From a virus, in UHGV virus genome UHGV-0140152: a stretch of 19,401 nt of DNA; one strand, written 5' to 3'. Shown piece after piece: positions 1 through 7,472 of the stretch (within the stretch, counting starts at the first letter, position 1; every line of letters begins with the position of its first letter). Under the pieces are notes generated by a model, which did no database searches, was not told where the DNA came from, and worked only from the letters and a program-made list of their open reading frames with translations. Made by a program: the position numbers and the translations under genes.

Positions 1-126
1 CTGGCTCCGCGTAAGATGCGCTTCGGCATCTCCGAAGGTATGGTGATGGCTGCTGGCCCCGGCGGGAAAGATATCTTCCTGTTAAGCCCGGATGCTGGTG
101 CTAAACCTGGCCACCAGGTTAAGTAA
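1..126 (+). CDS. metG: methionine--tRNA ligase, 3' end only (gene starts upstream of window)
   Basis: Frame-1 translation [41 protein letters not shown] then TAA at 124-126; matches the MetRS C-terminus as I remember it. Confidence 0.75.
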
Positions 127-147
127 TTAAGCAACCATTCTTCACAA

Positions 148-176
148 TGCCCGGCAACACGCTGGGCATTTTTATA
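148..176 (+). terminator. rho-independent terminator of metG
   Basis: Inverted repeat ATGCCC...GGGCAT followed by TTTTT directly after the metG stop. Confidence 0.7.
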
Positions 177-209
177 TAGACACAATCCCTTCTGACTTTA
201 ACAAACCCT

Positions 210-275
210 AAAACAATTTGTTTTCTGCCTTTTGTTAATTGAGATAATAAGCCACATAAGAAAACAAATTGTTTC
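210..275. promoter_or_regulatory. two AACAA-N-TTGTT palindromic operator-like sites upstream of the first island gene
   Basis: aaaacaatttgtttt (about 210-224) and aaaacaaattgttt (about 261-274). The same palindrome family recurs upstream of the genes starting at 2166, 2711, 3662, 7473 and 19365. Confidence 0.5.
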
Positions 276-287
276 GGAGTGGTTGAA

Positions 288-587
288 ATGTTGAACATTA
301 CCCAAGCCTACCAGGTGGCATTGATCAGTTCATCTCATACATCAGAGGAAGATGCTCGCCGATTCATGATCGCAAGCAATGAGCTGGATTGGGTTTCGCA
401 AATTGACGGCGGTTGTATTGTCCACGCCGGGTTACAGGATGATGTCTGGAAAGACGACTTGCGTCGATATGGTATATCCGAAGGCGCGATTGCTAACATT
501 CAGAAAGTACTTGATGTAGGCTTTGACTCTGTACATTTTGATTGTGGTGCGCCGGTCGTTGAAGGGCTTGAGTGCTGGAACTGGTAA
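288..587 (+). CDS. hypothetical protein (about 100 aa)
   Basis: Track ORF 279..587; ATG at 288 sits 8 nt after GGAG. The track start at 279 is a GTG alternative. No family recognised. Confidence 0.6.
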   Translation: MLNITQAYQVALISSSHTSEEDARRFMIASNELDWVSQIDGGCIVHAGLQDDVWKDDLRRYGISEGAIANIQKVLDVGFDSVHFDCGAPVVEGLECWNW

Positions 588-699
588 ATCTGCAAACAGA
601 TTCAAACCGTTGATAATGGCGGTCACAATTTGATTCTTTTCTATAAGAATCCGTTGATCGCCACTACTCCCCTTCCATATCTGCAATCACATCCTTAAA

Positions 700-1560
700 T
701 ATCAATAAGTTATAGTTGTTTATACAAACCAGAAAACAACTGAATAACAGATCAATGAAACCTCAACACTTTCACCCGATTTGGTCTAAAAAATTGACGT
801 TTTCACACATCACTTCTTATACCCGCAATTCTACGCAGCAGACAGCGCCACAGCGTCCAATTTTCACCACAGACGACTCAACACACTACCAACAAAAACA
901 CACGCTCAAAATCGCTCCCGTTGCGTTACACAACCATATAAACAACTTATTTTCAGGAATAACAAAACAACTAAATAACACATGCGCCATTCCCAAAAAC
1001 AACCAACCTCTTTATGGCAGGCTACCGAAAAGACCCACCTCTTCTTCCCAGGCTACCGGACAACCAACCTAACTTTCACAGGCAATACGAAAACATTCAT
1101 GCGCGCGATACCCACGACACGCCATTCCCCAAACAGCGAAGAAACACCAGAATCACTGAAACCCCAACGAAGCCTGTTACCGCAAGGATTCTCTCAATCC
1201 CAAAAGACACGAAACATAACAATCACGGGAAACGCCATTACCCAATACACGAATAACCACAAAAGCCTTTCACACACTCCAGACAAACAACTCAAACACA
1301 ATAACGAAAGGAATCGCCCACCTGCCATTACTCCATACACGGAGAAAAACAATCACCAAAACGACGAGAACACCCCATAGAAGAACCACCGCAAAACGAA
1401 CGAAACCATTTACACCGACAGAGAGAACAACACACCCAATTCACCAACAGAATTAGTCGCCGTATAGAACGTTCTGGAAGGAGTGAGCATTAACGTCCAT
1501 AGAGAGGTTGAGACAGATAAAACACGAAGAAAACACAACATGTATAGCGAAGAAGCCAGG
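700..1560 (+). other. about 850-bp non-coding tract, A+C-rich and G-poor on the plus strand
   Basis: Strong strand compositional skew. The only ORFs are overlapping low-complexity P/T/N/Q-rich frames with no RBS. Contains degenerate roughly 30-bp repeats starting caggctaccg (about 1017-1083). Confidence 0.6.
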
Positions 1561-1580
1561 TATGTATAAGTGGGGAGGGA

Positions 1581-1606
1581 AGGAGGGGTGTCGCCTCCTT
1601 TTTCGT
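1581..1606 (+). terminator. putative intrinsic terminator ending the AC-rich tract
   Basis: AGGAGG ggtgtcg CCTCCT hairpin followed by TTTTT. Confidence 0.5.
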
Positions 1607-1690
1607 ATTTATTCAACTCCTGATTTTATCCCCCGTAACACCCCTACGGTCAGCCTTCGGTCCATACAGGGGAAAGGCTGCATCCCGCTA

Positions 1691-1802
1691 CAGAAACGGC
1701 TGGATTGCCTTCGGGGAACGGCTGGAGGCTTTCAGGGAGACGGTCGAGTTGCCTTTGTGGGTTTCGGGAAAAGGCTCGATGCCGGTTCAGGAACGGCGGC
1801 GT
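1691..1802. repeat. iteron-like array, 5 degenerate copies of GRAACGGC at about 22-bp spacing
   Basis: cagaaacggctgg / gggaacggctgg / gagacggtcg / gaaaaggctcg / ggaacggcgg. The same core recurs four times at 7971-8085. Confidence 0.55.
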
Positions 1803-2165
1803 ACAGGTATAGCGAGAGGGAGAGTTGCGGCTACCCACCTGTAATGTGCGGGAAGAAGAGAGACGCTCACGTGCAGGTGAACTTACTTACCGCTGGATTC
1901 CCTCTGAATGCCCAGCTACAGCGTAATTGTGCCAGACAGTCAGCGGGTCACAATCGATTTCAGTAGGTTTTCGGGGAGAGGATTATTCTGTCCACCAGCC
2001 ACCTTCGGCCACTAAATCAGAATAATGTAAAAAGTGTACTCGGTACTGAACCTGAAAAATCACTGCCAAAACCACATTCACCGGAATAAAATCCTTTTTC
2101 GCCTTTGCGTTATTGCGATAATAACACCAACAAGAAAACAACGTGTTTAGGCAAAGGAGAAATAC

Positions 2166-2342
2166 ATGTACAGGCATCTGAATGTCAGTATCACCCTCGA
2201 TGACGTTATCCACTCTCAGGATGTAGCTGGTCGCGTGGTGACGCTCATCTCTGAAGGATACAGAGAAGGGATGTTTGATTTCCATATCGAGGACAACCCA
2301 ATGTCCGTCGCGTGGAACTGCACGACGTCAGAAACAAAGTGA
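2166..2342 (+). CDS. small hypothetical protein (58 aa, MYRHLNVSITLDDVIHSQ...)
   Basis: Not in the ORF track (too short). AAGGAG sits 7 nt upstream of ATG; the leader taacaccaacaagaaaacaa is shared with the gene at 7473; stop lies 10 nt before the next gene. Confidence 0.5.
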   Translation: MYRHLNVSITLDDVIHSQDVAGRVVTLISEGYREGMFDFHIEDNPMSVAWNCTTSETK

Positions 2343-2352
2343 GGGTGAATAG

Positions 2353-2571
2353 ATGATTAAGATGCCTGTGATGGTTGAGGTGTGGAACGTGGATTCCCTG
2401 GCCGAGTGCCTGGATGCAGTGGGGCCGGAGCTGTATCGCAAATTGTGGTCGTTCGTCCCGGCTGAAGGGGAATCACCCAAAGGGAAGGAGATCTGGCACC
2501 TGCTCAGTGAAGATGAACAGCGGGAGCTGGTGGACGCGGTACACATTGAGTTCCCGGACGACGAAGATTAA
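2353..2571 (+). CDS. small acidic hypothetical protein (72 aa)
   Basis: Track ORF; GAGGG RBS 7 nt upstream; acidic C-terminus EFPDDED; followed by a terminator. Confidence 0.6.
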   Translation: MIKMPVMVEVWNVDSLAECLDAVGPELYRKLWSFVPAEGESPKGKEIWHLLSEDEQRELVDAVHIEFPDDED

Positions 2572-2577
2572 GAGTGA

Positions 2578-2601
2578 GGCCACCAGCACGGTGGCTTTTT
2601 G
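2578..2601 (+). terminator. intrinsic terminator
   Basis: GCCACC agcac GGTGGC hairpin followed by TTTTT. Confidence 0.7.
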
Positions 2602-2710
2602 CTGTTTGCAACCTCCGGGGCAGCGCAGCGCCGTAACGCTATGCTTTGTAGCCTTTTTCTTACTGGTATTATTTACGCCATTGAGAAAACAAGTTGTTTA
2701 CGGAGTTGTG

Positions 2711-3025
2711 ATGAAAAAATCATTGGTTCTTGGTCTGGACAAAGACCAGAAGAGAAAAGAGAAGCCTGCACTGGTTGCTCAATTAACTTTGCTGGACATC
2801 GTTGCCAATGGAACCTCTATTCGTCTGTTCCGTGAAACAGCGGTGTCTTTCGATAAAAACACCTTTACTCGTTATGTAATGAATGTTCGTCGCCAGCGTG
2901 GAAAAGGCTGGGTGGCATTTCAAAGAATGTGGCCTGCACATCAGCTCGAGCTGGCTTTGATGGAAGTAAACCGCGTGGCCCAGCAAGAAATTCAGAGAGC
3001 ATCAGTGATGGCAACAGCCTGGTAA
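2711..3025 (+). CDS. hypothetical protein (104 aa, MKKSLVLGLDKDQKRKEK...)
   Basis: In-frame ATG inside track ORF 2375..3025, downstream of the 2578-2601 terminator; GGAG 5 nt upstream; AAACAAGTTGTTT palindrome at about 2686-2699. Confidence 0.6.
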   Translation: MKKSLVLGLDKDQKRKEKPALVAQLTLLDIVANGTSIRLFRETAVSFDKNTFTRYVMNVRRQRGKGWVAFQRMWPAHQLELALMEVNRVAQQEIQRASVMATAW

Positions 3026-3056
3026 TGTGCAAGTGGTAATTAGTCGACAGTACGAC

Positions 3057-3086
3057 AGCCCCGACGTCCTTACGGGGCTTTTTTGT
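3057..3086 (+). terminator. intrinsic terminator
   Basis: AGCCCCG ...CGGGGCT hairpin followed by TTTTTT. Confidence 0.75.
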
Positions 3087-3148
3087 ATTGTAAGCACATA
3101 CCTACGATCATAGAATAGAAAAATAACTAATACACTACGGAGAGTGAA

Positions 3149-3544
3149 ATGACCGTTAAACGCGAAAAACTGACAGTTGATGTTTACTATGCCTCTGAAA
3201 CCGCCGAAGGTAAGAATGTGGCAAAAATTACCGTTGTTACGTACAACACCGAAACTGGTGCCGAAGTACAGGCCAGTACGATCGTGCGTAAAGGTGATGC
3301 CTCCGGCGGCGAGTACGCGACTCAATACCAGTCCATTCTCGATGCAACTGACCCGCTGCTGCTGAAAATCGAGAACTACTTCCGCCAGGTTGATGAAGAG
3401 GTGTTTGAAACCATGATGAATATGGTTAATTCCGTATTCACCTCCAGCCTGAACACCCGCACTACCTGGATTGGTCAGTACGGTCTGCGTATTACCTCCG
3501 GCATTCCTGCTGACACCTTAATCCCTGAAAGCGTATTCGCTTAA
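3149..3544 (+). CDS. hypothetical protein (131 aa)
   Basis: Track ORF; GGAG RBS 7 nt upstream of ATG; own terminator downstream. Confidence 0.7.
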   Translation: MTVKREKLTVDVYYASETAEGKNVAKITVVTYNTETGAEVQASTIVRKGDASGGEYATQYQSILDATDPLLLKIENYFRQVDEEVFETMMNMVNSVFTSSLNTRTTWIGQYGLRITSGIPADTLIPESVFA

Positions 3545-3553
3545 TCCTCTTTA

Positions 3554-3582
3554 AATGGCGCGTAAACCTCGCCATTTTCTTA
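3554..3582 (+). terminator. intrinsic terminator
   Basis: AATGGCG cgtaaacct CGCCATT followed by TTCTT. Confidence 0.6.
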
Positions 3583-3661
3583 TACCCGATAATAATTTGT
3601 TTTCTACCTTATCTGATTTGTGAAAATGATTTCACTGAAGCAACTTAATAAGGAAAAAATC

Positions 3662-4036
3662 ATGGGACTTGATATCTACATCGAGACGCAGCCAAAAAAC
3701 GATCTGAATAACGATACATCCAGATGGCAGGTTGGCTACTTCCGCAAGTTCAATGCGCTTGTATCGTGGGTGGAGAATAACGTTGGTATGGTTGAGAACT
3801 GTGAACTTGTGGAGCTTAACCGTGAGCATTTGCTGAAGCTGAAAGCAGACCTGGATTGTCTCAATAAAGAAAATTGCAGTGAAATAATGCCCACAATGGA
3901 AGGATTCTTTTTCGGCAGTCAGGAGTACGACGACTTCTACTGGAGAGACGTGGATGAACTGAGAGAACTCACGGAACAGCTGATAGAGAATCACGATTTC
4001 GACAATAACAGACTGACGTTCTGCGCCTGGTGGTAA
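3662..4036 (+). CDS. hypothetical protein (124 aa, MGLDIYIETQPKND...)
   Basis: Track ORF 3620..4036; preferred start is the ATG at 3662, 7 nt after AAGGA. Preceded by the operator-like aataatttgttttct. Confidence 0.65.
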   Translation: MGLDIYIETQPKNDLNNDTSRWQVGYFRKFNALVSWVENNVGMVENCELVELNREHLLKLKADLDCLNKENCSEIMPTMEGFFFGSQEYDDFYWRDVDELRELTEQLIENHDFDNNRLTFCAWW

Positions 4037-4038
4037 AT

Positions 4039-4182
4039 ATGGGCGATTTCAAGAAAACCCTGAAGGAAAGAACCGAAATGGTCAGAAAGCAAAACGCCTC
4101 TTCTGTCATCAGATACGCAAGGCAGTTCAGCAAAAACAACAGACAGATTGAAGAGCAAATCAAATCAGTCATAGTCAGATAA
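4039..4182 (+). CDS. possible small basic protein (47 aa) coupled to the upstream gene
   Basis: ATG 2 nt after the upstream stop, open to TAA, followed immediately by a strong terminator. Weak RBS; not in the track. Confidence 0.25.
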   Translation: MGDFKKTLKERTEMVRKQNASSVIRYARQFSKNNRQIEEQIKSVIVR

Positions 4183-4187
4183 GAAAC

Positions 4188-4229
4188 AGCGCCAGAAAAG
4201 CCAACGGGAGCGATTCTGGCGCTTTTTTT
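4188..4229 (+). terminator. intrinsic terminator
   Basis: AGCGCCAGAA ...TTCTGGCGCT 10-bp stem followed by TTTTTTT. Confidence 0.8.
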
Positions 4230-4317
4230 GTTCTGGTGACAGGATTACTCCTGTCAGGGCTGTTTCTTTTGTTACAGACGCTATCATGAAGACAAAAAGA
4301 GAAGGAAGATCACTGAT

Positions 4318-4425
4318 AGGTCTGGGAGTTACTTCAGTTTTAAAAATGCCTGCTTCCGTATATATAAATAATAAGTAACTTAATAAATATATACGGAAGC
4401 AGGCACTGTTAAGACTCCAGAAGTG
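4318..4425. repeat. structured palindromic element, copy 1 (17-bp stem, conserved AT-rich 22-nt loop)
   Basis: CCTGCTTCCGTATATAT-aaataataagtaacttaataa-ATATATACGGAAGCAGG with flanking ggtctgggag. A near-identical copy lies at 19171-19267. Confidence 0.7.
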
Positions 4426-4656
4426 AGCAAAAATCAACCTAAAAAGACACTGAACTCACCAGAATAAACTTAACCAGCCAGTACAGGCGCTGAAGTCTTC
4501 CGTAGCAGGCATCAAAGGGAATTTCGTTAAGGTACTTCAGCATAGGGTGGATGGATATCAAACCGTATGTGTATTGCCTCTCGTTTGATGCCTCCTGAAG
4601 CACCTTTAAAAGTTTTTTAAAAGCGCTACAATGACTATCAGATAAGAGGAGGTTTT

Positions 4657-4908
4657 ATGAGCTATCAAATTCTGACGACGACAGCAGCCAGCATTACTGA
4701 GCTGAAAAGAAACCCTATGGGCACTGTAGCTGAAGGTGAGGGGGAGGCCGTCGCAATCCTGAACCGGAATGAACCCGCGTTTTACTGTGTCCCACCAGAA
4801 CTTTATGCCTACTATCGGGAACTCGCCGAGGACGCTGAACTTAACGCGATTGCAGATGAAAGAATGAAAGAACCGGACATTGTGAAGGTTAACCTGAATG
4901 ACCTATGA
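4657..4908 (+). CDS. stbD: type II antitoxin, Phd/YefM (StbD-like) family
   Basis: 83-aa protein MSYQILTTTAASITELKRNP... resembling StbD/Phd antitoxins; GAGGAGG RBS; overlaps the downstream RelE-like toxin gene. Confidence 0.8.
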   Translation: MSYQILTTTAASITELKRNPMGTVAEGEGEAVAILNRNEPAFYCVPPELYAYYRELAEDAELNAIADERMKEPDIVKVNLNDL

Positions 4909-5179
4909 GCTGGCATTTGAACGCAGGGCACTGAAAGAATGGCAGAAGCTCGGCCACACTGTTCGTGAACAATTCAAAAAGAAGCTGTCAGAGCGCCTGA
5001 AAAATCCACATGTCCCCGCAGCCAGGCTATATGGTCATACTGACCGTTACAAAATTAAGCTTCGCGCATCCGGTTACAGGCTCGTTTATCAGGTAATTGA
5101 TGAGAAGGTTGTTTTGCTTGTCATTGCTGTAGGAAAAAGGGAAAGCAGCGAAGTCTATCACACGGCTGATACTCGTTAG
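4898..5179 (+). CDS. stbE: type II toxin, RelE/StbE family mRNA interferase
   Basis: 93-aa protein with ...RALKEWQKLG..., ...YKIKLRASGYRLVYQVIDEKVV..., ...VGKRESSEVY..., closely matching E. coli RelE as I recall it. Classic coupled antitoxin-toxin arrangement. Confidence 0.85.
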   Translation: MTYELAFERRALKEWQKLGHTVREQFKKKLSERLKNPHVPAARLYGHTDRYKIKLRASGYRLVYQVIDEKVVLLVIAVGKRESSEVYHTADTR

Positions 5180-5204
5180 CAAAGTGCGCCTTATATCCTC
5201 GCCT

Positions 5205-5440
5205 GTTGACTAAATCTCATAATAACCTGAGGTCAATTTCTTCTGTTTGTGACCTCAGGTTAATTTCCTTTATTTATAACCTTAACTTATTAGGCTGCAT
5301 TTTATTCCGCGTCATCGCTTCATTATTTATGTATATGGCGACCTTATTTAATTACGCCCACCTGAACTTACTTCTTTTCCGCCTGTTTCATTCAGCGATA
5401 ATTAACGCATCGAAACGAAACTAAACGAAAGGAGTTAAAA
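5205..5440 (+). promoter_or_regulatory. cassette leader 1 (homologous to 6200-6342)
   Basis: 12-bp inverted repeats aacctgaggtca / tgacctcaggtt, conserved block cctgaacttacttcttttccgcctgtttcattcagcgat and a conserved RBS context. Confidence 0.55.
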
Positions 5441-6160
5441 ATGAGTGCGCGTCTTAAGAAGCTTATCAAAAAGCGTAAATCTCTTAAAGAACATGCAGAA
5501 TTGATAAATTTAATTGAAAAACGTTTTCCAGTCATTTCGGATATTGAGGACTTCTATTGGGTGGAGAAATGTAAAGTTTGGGATGGCATTGATGATGTAA
5601 AAGATGTGGATGATTTTGTCAGCAAGTACAACCCAGACATTAACTACAAACTAGCTGATGATTTTGCTGGCTCGTCTAAAGATGATCCGCTTCCTGATTG
5701 GTTTAACATTGATGATTATCCTAGTTGCATGTGTACCACCTACACCAACAAAGATTTTAGTAAAGCGTGGTTTGCTATTGCTTATGGCTGTTATTTCAAT
5801 AAGTCCGACGGAAGCAAAAGACCATATTTTCTCGCTGAAATAGACTTAACCAGCGGAGAGATTACAGTACACGAAAACCACAGGAATCTAATGAAGCTTG
5901 TTGATAGCGTTCGCGTACTGGATACAGACGCCCAGCAATTAACGAACAATGCATGGTTCGGACTTGATGGAGTAAAAGGGGGTATCGAACTGATAATGGG
6001 TCATCTTTTAAATGAATACTCGGACTGGTATCATCCGCCACACAATCCGCTTGAGTCATTTGACGATCCGCTTGAGCCATTTGACGATCCGCTGAAGGAC
6101 TACATCGATGAACCAATATATATGATGGAATCTTTTCAATTAGATATGATTCCAGCATGA
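5441..6160 (+). CDS. highly acidic hypothetical protein (239 aa); distant paralog of 8856..9503
   Basis: Track ORF; AAGGAG RBS. Shares ...DFSKAWF...FLAEIDLTSGEITV... and NPLESFDD with the minus-strand protein at 8856..9503. Confidence 0.75.
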   Translation: MSARLKKLIKKRKSLKEHAELINLIEKRFPVISDIEDFYWVEKCKVWDGIDDVKDVDDFVSKYNPDINYKLADDFAGSSKDDPLPDWFNIDDYPSCMCTTYTNKDFSKAWFAIAYGCYFNKSDGSKRPYFLAEIDLTSGEITVHENHRNLMKLVDSVRVLDTDAQQLTNNAWFGLDGVKGGIELIMGHLLNEYSDWYHPPHNPLESFDDPLEPFDDPLKDYIDEPIYMMESFQLDMIPA

Positions 6161-6165
6161 CAAAC

Positions 6166-6197
6166 GCCACCAGTTAACGCTGGTGGCTTCAAGTTTT
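6166..6197 (+). terminator. intrinsic terminator
   Basis: GCCACCAG ttaacg CTGGTGGC followed by TTCAAGTTTT. Confidence 0.65.
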
Positions 6198-6199
6198 GC

Positions 6200-6342
6200 T
6201 CTCATCACCTCAGGTCAAATTTCCTCGTTTGCAACCTCAGGTCAATTTAAGAATGATATCACCTGTATCCCTGAACTTACTTCTTTTCTGCCTGTTTCAT
6301 TCAGCGATGATTATTACATCGAAAACAAACGAGGAATTAAAA
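6200..6342 (+). promoter_or_regulatory. cassette leader 2 (homologous to 5205-5440)
   Basis: Two acctcaggtcaa repeats, conserved block cctgaacttacttcttttctgcctgtttcattcagcgat and GAGGA RBS. Confidence 0.55.
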
Positions 6343-7269
6343 ATGAAACCAGTATTTTTGGGGCGAATTGATATTAGTGAATTGTTTTCAGTTAGAGATG
6401 GGTTCCAATATGACTGTGATTGCCTTGAACTTAATGGTCTTGAACGTGAATACAGATTGGCTATTGTGAATGATGGTAAGAAGACATTTTCTGTCGAATG
6501 TTTTGAAAATACTTACTTTAAGCAGGTGTTGAGAATAAGACAGCATGTGGAGATGTCAATTCGGGAAAACATCAAAAATAAATGTGAGTTTCTTGTGGTT
6601 AAAAATGAAGCAGATGAAATAAACTTTGTTACGTTCACTGATAGTGGTCGATTGGCTATGCTGGAGCTATTTCAGCTGATCGTTTCTAATAACAGTATAA
6701 CAGAAGCCTTGAACAGTCTTTCAACTATAGTATCAAGAGAAAGAGAAAACACTGGCGCTTTAATTGTAGAGGAGCTAGATGGAATACTCGAGAAGATCAA
6801 GAATAAAGAGCTGATTATAGAATATGGCAAGGAAAGTAGGAAAAATAATTTACATTCAGCTTTTCACTCCCCATATGTTGAGCGTTTGAATGGTTTGGCT
6901 GCTTTTGTTAATTTGGACTTTAATAGATTTTTTAGTTCTTTTTTTACAGAGTGTGGGCTTGTTATTGTTGAGGTAAATAATGAGAACGATGTCCCCAAAA
7001 TTATAGTACATTCGATGCCTGATATATCTCTCAATGAAATTGGGGACAAACTGGAGAATTTATACGATGTAAAAAGCATGGAAGAACTCATAGAGTATCT
7101 GGCCATAAATGCGGTAGCCATGGCTGATAATGATGTGTTTGGGGTTGGTGCACTGCATGAAGGTTTTCTTGACGCCCTTGAGCTTTACGGGACTGCTCGC
7201 TGGTTTCTGTCAGGATTAGTGGATGATGCACCTTTACTCATCAATACAGATTATTTTTATTCCAGTTGA
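6343..7269 (+). CDS. hypothetical protein (308 aa)
   Basis: In-frame ATG within track ORF 6196..7269, placed after the conserved leader and GAGGA RBS. No family recognised. Confidence 0.7.
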   Translation: MKPVFLGRIDISELFSVRDGFQYDCDCLELNGLEREYRLAIVNDGKKTFSVECFENTYFKQVLRIRQHVEMSIRENIKNKCEFLVVKNEADEINFVTFTDSGRLAMLELFQLIVSNNSITEALNSLSTIVSRERENTGALIVEELDGILEKIKNKELIIEYGKESRKNNLHSAFHSPYVERLNGLAAFVNLDFNRFFSSFFTECGLVIVEVNNENDVPKIIVHSMPDISLNEIGDKLENLYDVKSMEELIEYLAINAVAMADNDVFGVGALHEGFLDALELYGTARWFLSGLVDDAPLLINTDYFYSS

Positions 7270-7275
7270 AAACAA

Positions 7276-7300
7276 GGCCACCACTGCTGGTGGCCTTAAA
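7276..7300 (+). terminator. putative terminator hairpin
   Basis: GGCCACCA ctgc TGGTGGCC hairpin; the T-tract is weak. Confidence 0.45.
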
Positions 7301-7472
7301 TGACCATCCTGTCTCCCGCAGGCTAAAAACACCAACCTCTTACCTCCAGGCAACCGACAAACCCACCTGTTCCCGTCCGGCTACCGCAACTTTCCACTTT
7401 GACGCCTTATTCGTACAACCATAATTAACACCAACAAGAGAACAATTTGTTATTTAGAATAAGGAATCAATC

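Noticed and set aside
432-686. 84-aa minus-strand ORF antisense to 288..587
   Set aside because: Fully antisense to a better-supported gene, with no RBS.
716-1380. Three overlapping plus-strand ORFs (716..1072, 982..1380, 1014..1256) in the AC-rich tract
   Set aside because: Low-complexity P/T/N/Q/H-rich translations produced by the base composition; mutually overlapping in different frames; no RBS.
1508-1966. 152-aa plus-strand ORF and the 62-aa minus-strand ORF 1650..1838
   Set aside because: They span the GRAACGGC iteron array; the G/R-rich translation reflects the repeats; no RBS.
1983-2285. 100-aa minus-strand ORF
   Set aside because: Overlaps the plus-strand gene at 2166..2342, which has a strong RBS and a conserved leader, and the promoter region; no RBS of its own.
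2375-2710. N-terminal extension of track ORF 2375..3025 (and ORF 2599..2835)
   Set aside because: The extension would read through the 2353..2571 gene and its terminator; the real gene most likely starts at the ATG at 2711 after an RBS.
3632-4437. Minus-strand ORFs 3632..3994, 3969..4172 and 4165..4437
   Set aside because: Antisense to the 3662..4036 gene or crossing two strong plus-strand terminators and the palindromic repeat; no RBS; hydrophobic low-complexity translations.
5206-5424. 72-aa plus-strand ORF in cassette leader 1 (and 6183..6371 in leader 2)
   Set aside because: Lies within the conserved non-coding leader repeat; the leader 2 equivalent is interrupted differently, so the reading frame is not conserved.
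5862-6170. 102-aa minus-strand ORF; also 5658..5843 and 6864..7121
   Set aside because: Embedded in or antisense to cassette genes that have RBS and terminators; no independent support.
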